A DNA stretch of 43,679 nt, from the NCBI GenBank assembly GCA_964405515.1, contig CAYOOG010000003.1, forward strand, positions 1-43,679, written 5' to 3'. The translations under genes and the position numbers were made by a program. Source of the stretch: an uncultured Alphaproteobacteria bacterium (GTDB lineage Bacteria; Pseudomonadota; Alphaproteobacteria; JAPYRI01). Within the stretch, counting starts at the first letter, position 1. Each line of letters starts with the position of its first letter. This document shows, in pieces, positions 37,985-43,679 of this stretch. A model generated the notes under the pieces. That model did no database searches. It had not been told where the DNA came from and was given only the letters and a program-made list of their open reading frames with translations.

Positions 37985-39211
37985 ATGGAACCCGAATTTT
38001 ACCGCATTAAACTATTGCCGCCCTATGTCTTTGCCGAGGTCAACGACATGAAGGCGCGCGCGCGCGCGGCGGGGGAAGATATTATCGACCTGGGCATGGG
38101 CAACCCTGATCTGGCGACTCCGCCGCATATTATTGAAAAACTGGTCGAGACCGTGGCCGACCCCCGGACCCATCGCTATTCTTCGTCGCGCGGGATTCCG
38201 GGATTGCGCCGGGCCGTGGCGGCCTACTACGGGCGGCGCTTCGGCGTGGATATCGACCCGGAAACAGAGACCATTGTTACGCTGGGCTCCAAGGAAGGTC
38301 TTGCCAATTTGGCCCAGGCGGTTTGTGCGCCGGGTGACGCCATACTGGTGCCCAACCCGAGCTATCCGATCCACCCTTACGGTTTCATCATTGCCGGCGC
38401 CAATATTCGTCACTTACCGCTTACGCCGGATCAGGATTTCTTTAATGTCCTTGAGAACGCTGTTCACCATTGCGTGCCGTCGCCAACGGCGCTGGTATTG
38501 AACTTTCCCTCGAATCCCACCGCCCAGGTGGTCGACCTGGAGTTCTTCGAACGGGTCGTGGAATTCGCCCTCGATAACAATATTTATGTGCTTTCGGATC
38601 TGGCCTATGCGGAGATCTATTTTGGCAACGAGCCGCCACCGTCGATTCTTCAGGTGCCAAGGGCCAAGGAGATCGCCATAGAATTTACGTCGGTCTCCAA
38701 AACCTATTCCATGCCGGGCTGGCGCATCGGCTTCGCCAGTGGCAATCGCCACTTGGTCCAGGCGCTTACCCGCATCAAATCGTATCTGGATTACGGTGCC
38801 TTTACGCCGATCCAGGTTGCAGCGACGGCGGCGCTCAATGGCCCGCAGGATTGCGTGGATGAGATTAGAGATACCTACCGTTCTCGGCGTGATGTCTTGA
38901 TCAACTCCCTTGCCGCGGCGGGTTGGGATATACCGGTGCCGCCAGCGACCATGTTCGCCTGGGCCCCGATTCCGCCGGCGCTGGTCGATATGGGTTCAGT
39001 TGAGTTTTCCAAGCAATTGTTGTCCGAAGCCAAGGTCGCGGTCTCCCCGGGGCTGGGCTTTGGCGAGCATGGCGACGGCCACGTCCGTATCGCCCTGGTC
39101 GAAAACGAGCAACGCATCCGGCAGGCGGCTCGCAACACCAGACGCTTTCTGGAATCCCGTGGTGTCACGGCTCCGAGTGTCGCGGATAAGCCCGAGGCCG
39201 CCCATGGCTAA
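37985..39211 (+). CDS. Class I/II PLP-dependent aminotransferase (AlaC/LL-DAP-aminotransferase-like)
   Basis: LPPYVFAEVNDMKARARAAGEDIIDLGMGNPD and the SVSKTYSMPGWRIGF PLP-lysine motif. It holds the conserved position upstream of hom. Confidence 0.88.
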   Translation: MEPEFYRIKLLPPYVFAEVNDMKARARAAGEDIIDLGMGNPDLATPPHIIEKLVETVADPRTHRYSSSRGIPGLRRAVAAYYGRRFGVDIDPETETIVTLGSKEGLANLAQAVCAPGDAILVPNPSYPIHPYGFIIAGANIRHLPLTPDQDFFNVLENAVHHCVPSPTALVLNFPSNPTAQVVDLEFFERVVEFALDNNIYVLSDLAYAEIYFGNEPPPSILQVPRAKEIAIEFTSVSKTYSMPGWRIGFASGNRHLVQALTRIKSYLDYGAFTPIQVAATAALNGPQDCVDEIRDTYRSRRDVLINSLAAAGWDIPVPPATMFAWAPIPPALVDMGSVEFSKQLLSEAKVAVSPGLGFGEHGDGHVRIALVENEQRIRQAARNTRRFLESRGVTAPSVADKPEAAHG

Positions 39212-40499
39212 TCAAGTGTTGCGCGTCGGAGTTGCCGGACTTGGCACCGTTGGCAGCGGGGTGCTCAAGATTTTGCGGGATGGGCAGAGTTCATTGGGCG
39301 TGCGCTGCGGCGCTGAACTTGTCGTGACGGCAGTTTCCGCCCGTGATCGCAACAAGGATCGCGGCGTTGATCTGGGCAATTTTGTCTGGCACGACGATCC
39401 TCTCGACCTTGCCCGCGACCCGGAAGTGGATGTCGTGATCGAGCTCATCGGCGGGTCGGAGGGCATTGCCAAGGAACTGGCTGAGGTCGCCATTGCCAAC
39501 GGCAAGCCCGTTCTTACCGCCAACAAGGCCCTGATCGCGCATCATGGCTTAGCGCTTGCAGCGGCGGCCGAAAAGGCGGGCGTGGCCCTTTACTTCGAGG
39601 CCGCTGTGGCCGGCGGCATTCCCATCATCAAGTCACTGCGCGAAGGCCTGGCAGCCAACGTTCGTGAGCATATCTATGGCATTCTGAACGGTACCTGTAA
39701 TTACATCCTGACCGTCATGGAAGAGAGCGGCCGTGATTTCGCTGAGGTGCTGGCCGAGGCTCAGAAACTGGGTATCGCGGAAGCCGATCCGAGCTTCGAC
39801 GTGGACGGTATCGATACCGCCCATAAGCTGGCTATCCTGGCATCCGTCGCCTTTGGCACCGAGATCGATTTTGACGCCGTTCACATCGAAGGTATCCGCA
39901 ACATCAGCGCCGAGGACATCGAGTACACCAAGGAACTGGGCTATCGGATAAAACTCCTGGGCATTGCCCGCCTTGGCGACGACGGGCTGGAGCAAAGGGT
40001 GCATCCTTGCCTGGTGCCGCTGGGTACGCCGATCGCCCATGTTTCCGGTGTCGATAATGCCGTGGTCGTCCATGGCGATAGCGCCGGGCGCACGGTCACC
40101 GAGGGCGCCGGGGCCGGGGCGGGGCCCACTGCCTCAGCCGTGGTTGCCGACCTAATGGATGTCGCCAGGGGCTGGATCGCGCCGCCGTTCGGCGTAGCCG
40201 GGCGGGATCTTGTCAAAGTGGCCGCCGTGCCGCTTGAAAAACATGGGGGCGCGATATACATGCGTCTGGTGGTGCGGGACGAGCCCGGTGTGATCGCCGA
40301 AATTACCTCCATACTGAAGGCCCACGAAGTATCGGTTGCGTCCTTCATTCAAAGGGGGCAGGCGCCGGGCGAGGCGGTCAATCTGGTCTTCGTCACCCAT
40401 GATACGGATGAGGCCAGTGCCCAAAAATGCATTGCCGAAATCCAGGGCTTGGAGGCGGTCATGGAGGCCCCTATAATGGTTCGAATTAAACACATGTAA
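39204..40499 (+). CDS. hom: Homoserine dehydrogenase
   Basis: LRVGVAGLGTVGSGV Rossmann motif, GILNGTCNYILT, DVDGIDTAHKLAILA and a C-terminal ACT domain. The ATG overlaps the aminotransferase stop by 8 nt. Confidence 0.93.
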   Translation: MANQVLRVGVAGLGTVGSGVLKILRDGQSSLGVRCGAELVVTAVSARDRNKDRGVDLGNFVWHDDPLDLARDPEVDVVIELIGGSEGIAKELAEVAIANGKPVLTANKALIAHHGLALAAAAEKAGVALYFEAAVAGGIPIIKSLREGLAANVREHIYGILNGTCNYILTVMEESGRDFAEVLAEAQKLGIAEADPSFDVDGIDTAHKLAILASVAFGTEIDFDAVHIEGIRNISAEDIEYTKELGYRIKLLGIARLGDDGLEQRVHPCLVPLGTPIAHVSGVDNAVVVHGDSAGRTVTEGAGAGAGPTASAVVADLMDVARGWIAPPFGVAGRDLVKVAAVPLEKHGGAIYMRLVVRDEPGVIAEITSILKAHEVSVASFIQRGQAPGEAVNLVFVTHDTDEASAQKCIAEIQGLEAVMEAPIMVRIKHM

Positions 40500-40507
40500 G
40501 GGCGGCA

Positions 40508-41476
40508 ATGTCTGACACTCCTATCCTTGATCGAATTCTTGTGCTGGAACTGGTCCGTGTGGCGGAGGCTGCGGCCATCGCTGCCGCTGACCTGGTGGGG
40601 CAGGGTGACGAACGGGCCGCCGATCAGGCCGCCGTGGACGCCATGCGCCAGGCTCTTAATCATTTGGATATCGATGGCACGGTGGTAATCGGCGAGGGCG
40701 AGCGGGATGAAGCGCCCATGCTCTATATCGGAGAGGAAGTCGGCACCAAGAACGGCCCAAAGATTGATGTCGCCCTCGATCCTTTGGAGGGCACCACCAT
40801 AACCGCCAAGGCCATGCCAAATTCGCTCACGGTGGTGGCCCTGGCCGAGGGCGGGAATTTACTCAAGGCGCCCGATGTCTACATGGACAAGATTGCCGTT
40901 GGCGGTGGTCTGCCCGAGGGTATCGTTGATCTGGACGCGCCGCCGGCGGAAAATATTGAATCCCTGGCCAAGGCAAAGGGCGTGGCGCCAAGCGATATCA
41001 TCTGCTGCATCCTGGACCGCCCGCGCCACGCCGAGTTGATTGGCGCCGTGCGCGACGTTGGTGCCCGCATCATGCTGATCCCCGACGGAGACGTGGCGGG
41101 GGTGATCGCAACATCGGAACCGGAGACCGGGATCGACATTTACCTGGGTATCGGCGGCGCGCCGGAAGGTGTCCTTGCAGCGGCGGCGCTACGCTGCATT
41201 GGTGGGCAAATGCAGGGCCGCCTACTGTTCCGCAATGACGATGAAAAAATGCGCGCCGATAAGCTTGGCGTTACGGATCTCAACGCCAAGTACGGTCTTG
41301 AGGAAATGGCGGCGGGCGATGTCATATTCGCGGCCACGGGCGTGACCGACGGCGGCATGCTGGACGGCATCCGCCGTTACCCCAAGTACATCACCACGCA
41401 TTCGGTGGTCATGCGGTCATCCACGGGCACGGTGCGCCGTATCAAGGCCCGGCATCGCCGCAACAATAATGTCTGA
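40508..41476 (+). CDS. glpX: Class II fructose-1,6-bisphosphatase GlpX
   Basis: LELVRVAEAAAIAAA..., GEGERDEAPML, DPLEGTT and GIGGAPEGVLAAAALRC. Confidence 0.93.
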   Translation: MSDTPILDRILVLELVRVAEAAAIAAADLVGQGDERAADQAAVDAMRQALNHLDIDGTVVIGEGERDEAPMLYIGEEVGTKNGPKIDVALDPLEGTTITAKAMPNSLTVVALAEGGNLLKAPDVYMDKIAVGGGLPEGIVDLDAPPAENIESLAKAKGVAPSDIICCILDRPRHAELIGAVRDVGARIMLIPDGDVAGVIATSEPETGIDIYLGIGGAPEGVLAAAALRCIGGQMQGRLLFRNDDEKMRADKLGVTDLNAKYGLEEMAAGDVIFAATGVTDGGMLDGIRRYPKYITTHSVVMRSSTGTVRRIKARHRRNNNV

Positions 41477-43259
41477 GCCGGACGGGGCGGAACCTTTTCT
41501 AGGGATCGCCCAGTCATTGACCGGACGTTTCTGGCGGCAACGCACCCACGATGACCGCGCCGCCCTGGCCTTTGCCCAGCGCCTGGGCGTTCCGGAAATT
41601 GTCGGGCGCGTCCTGGCGGGACGTGGGGTGAGCCTTGACGAGGGCCCCGAGTTCCTCGACCCGGTATTGAAACGCGACCTACCCGACCCCTCATTGTTGT
41701 TGGATGCGGATGCCGCCGCGGCACGCTTGGCCGAGGCGATTCAAACCGGTGAGACGGTTGCCCTGTTCGGTGACTATGACGTCGACGGGGCGACCTCGGC
41801 CGCCTTGTTCGAGCGTTACTTCCGTGCCGCAGGCGGGCAACTGATGGTCTACATCCCTGACCGTCTAACCGAGGGTTATGGGCCAAACGAAAAGGCTCTG
41901 CTGGCATTGCGCGCGCAAGGCGCGTCGGTTGTCATCACCGTGGACTGCGGAACGACCTCCTTTGAGCCCCTGGAAGCCGCCGCCAAGGCCGGTCTCGACG
42001 TCATCGTGGTCGACCATCACCAGGCGGAGCCGGCTCTGCCCGGGGCCCATGCCGTGGTCAATCCCAACCGCCTGGACCAGGCAACTGGCTGGGGGCAACT
42101 CGCCGCCGTTGGTGTCGCCTTCCTCGTTGTGGTGGCCCTGAACCGGGCCTTGCGGGAAGCCGGCTGGTTCGGCGTTGGACGGGCCGAGCCGGATTTGCGC
42201 CAGTGGTTGGATCTGGTGGCGCTGGGCACTATTTGCGATGTCGTTCCCCTGACCGGCGTTAACCGGGCCTTGGTTTGCCAGGGTCTGAAGGTGCTCGGCC
42301 AAAGAGGCAATACGGGGCTGGTGGCGCTGGCCGAGGTCGCTGGTCTTGAGGAAGCGCCGGGTGTTTACCACGCCGGGTTTGTATTCGGCCCGCGGATCAA
42401 CGCCGGGGGCCGGGTGGGACAGGCTGATCTCGGGGCGCGGCTCTTGGCGACCACCGACCGTGACGAGGCGCGGGCCCTGGCGGAACGGCTCCATGCCTTC
42501 AATGCCGAGCGCCAGGCCATCGAGGCGACGGTGCAGGCGAAAGCCTTGGCCCAAGTCGAAGCCAGGCTTGGCAAAGATGAGCCGGGGCCGTTGCTGGTCG
42601 CCGCGGGCGAGGGCTGGCACCCGGGCGTGATCGGTATTGTCGCCAGCCGCCTCAAGGACCGCTTCCGCCGCCCGACCGTGGTGTTTGGCGTCGCGGACGG
42701 CGTGGCCAAAGGCTCCGGCCGGTCCTTGCGCGGTGTTGACCTGGGAAACGCGGTAATTGCCGCCCGGCAGGCCGGGTTGCTGGTAAACGGCGGCGGGCAC
42801 GCCATGGCCGCCGGCATGACCGCCGAGGCCGATAAGCTACCGGAATTGGAGGCTTTTTTGACGGACCGGCTGGCAACCCAGGTTGGCGAGGCCGTGGCAA
42901 CCAACACCTTGGGTATTGATGGCGCGCTTAGCGTGCGTGCGGCCCACCGGGGGCTCTACGAGACCCTCGATAAGGCCGGGCCCTTCGGCGCCGGGAATGC
43001 CGAGCCGCGCGTGGTCGTGACCGGCGCCCGTATCGTCGAGGCCAAGGTTGTGGGCGCGGGCCACGTTAGCTGCGTTTTGAGCGGTCTCGGCGGCGGCCGT
43101 CTTAAGGGGATCGCCTTTCGAAGCCTTGATGGGCCTCTCGGCCGCAATCTGCTGGAGCACGGTGGGCGCTCGGTTCACGTGGCCGGGCATCTGCGCGCCG
43201 ATAACTGGCGCGGGCGGGCAGGCGTGCAGCTCATCGTGGAGGACGCCGCCTGGGCTTGA
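41469..43259 (+). CDS. recJ: Single-stranded-DNA-specific exonuclease RecJ
   Basis: DHH motifs (FGDYDVDGATS, ITVDCG, VVDHH), DHHA1 (GGGHAMAAG) and a C-terminal OB-like region. The start overlaps the glpX stop. Confidence 0.93.
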   Translation: MSEPDGAEPFLGIAQSLTGRFWRQRTHDDRAALAFAQRLGVPEIVGRVLAGRGVSLDEGPEFLDPVLKRDLPDPSLLLDADAAAARLAEAIQTGETVALFGDYDVDGATSAALFERYFRAAGGQLMVYIPDRLTEGYGPNEKALLALRAQGASVVITVDCGTTSFEPLEAAAKAGLDVIVVDHHQAEPALPGAHAVVNPNRLDQATGWGQLAAVGVAFLVVVALNRALREAGWFGVGRAEPDLRQWLDLVALGTICDVVPLTGVNRALVCQGLKVLGQRGNTGLVALAEVAGLEEAPGVYHAGFVFGPRINAGGRVGQADLGARLLATTDRDEARALAERLHAFNAERQAIEATVQAKALAQVEARLGKDEPGPLLVAAGEGWHPGVIGIVASRLKDRFRRPTVVFGVADGVAKGSGRSLRGVDLGNAVIAARQAGLLVNGGGHAMAAGMTAEADKLPELEAFLTDRLATQVGEAVATNTLGIDGALSVRAAHRGLYETLDKAGPFGAGNAEPRVVVTGARIVEAKVVGAGHVSCVLSGLGGGRLKGIAFRSLDGPLGRNLLEHGGRSVHVAGHLRADNWRGRAGVQLIVEDAAWA

Positions 43260-43301
43260 CGGGCTGCATTCATGCCTCTAAACAGCCCGGACGGCTTCGG
43301 C

Positions 43302-43377
43302 GACCCCTTCGTCTAGTGGCCTAGGACACCGGCCTTTCACGCCGGCAACACGGGTTCGAGTCCCGTAGGGGTCACCA
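43302..43377 (+). tRNA. tRNA-Glu (anticodon TTC)
   Basis: Manual cloverleaf: acceptor GACCCCT/AGGGGTC, anticodon stem CCGGC/GCCGG with loop CTTTCAC, T-arm CGGGTTCGAGTCCCG, encoded CCA. Confidence 0.9.
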
Positions 43378-43679
43378 ACAATTTCAATTAGTTAGAAGTA
43401 TTTGTCGAAATGAGGGCCGATCTGTACGTAACTTATACGTACTATGGAGGGCCATATTGTTTCCTCTGCACCCCACCGCATGAACCACGAACGTCTCTTA
43501 TAGCTTGTGGATACCTAACCTATGGACACCACCCACAGGATTGCTCGTTAGCCTTGTTGCCGCGCGTGCTCAATCTTCCAATTGCAGATATTGATTCATA
43601 GTTCTCAAGATTTTGTGAGCTTTCTGCGAGATCTCTGTGCATCGTCAAGATATTGATGTCAACGTGAGTGTGTCTCTTG

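Noticed and set aside
43410-43601. 63-aa ORF after tRNA-Glu
   Set aside because: It lies in AT-rich non-coding-looking sequence, has an implausible Tyr/Cys/His/Pro-rich composition and has no SD.
1-43679. CRISPR arrays, IS elements, integrases, known defence systems
   Set aside because: No regularly spaced direct repeats, no transposase- or integrase-like ORFs, and no nuclease/ATPase/methylase gene sets were seen in any frame.

Overview
This window looks like a high-GC alphaproteobacterial (Rhodospirillales-like) chromosomal segment, mostly housekeeping genes on the + strand. In order:
- 5'-truncated icmF, hemA (5-aminolevulinate synthase), rpiB, glyA
- nrdR-ribD-ribE-ribBA-ribH-nusB-thiL
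- H+-pyrophosphatase hppA, bamE
- yceD-rpmF-plsX-fabH, ihfA, a MerR-family gene, tRNA-Pro
- rplM-rpsI, argC, phaC, an aminotransferase, hom, glpX, recJ, tRNA-Glu

I found no CRISPR array, transposase, integrase or recognisable defence system. Four patches interrupt the core:
1. A low-GC insertion of about 1.2 kb (14.7-15.9 kb) carries one orphan secreted protein.
2. A block of about 7 kb follows tRNA-Pro (21.2-28.4 kb). It holds a start-less serine-hydrolase gene abutting a start-less coding remnant, a CocE/NonD hydrolase, a ThDP enzyme and an MFS transporter. The last two are each preceded by a copy of a structured repeat I do not recognise.
3. A histidine kinase and a 581-aa protein (formyltransferase-like domain plus predicted beta-propeller) are wedged between rpsI and argC.
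4. An AT-rich stretch begins right after tRNA-Glu at the window edge.

The most novel candidates are the duplicated structured element and the 581-aa two-domain protein. Both are hypotheses from reading the sequence. No database search was run.
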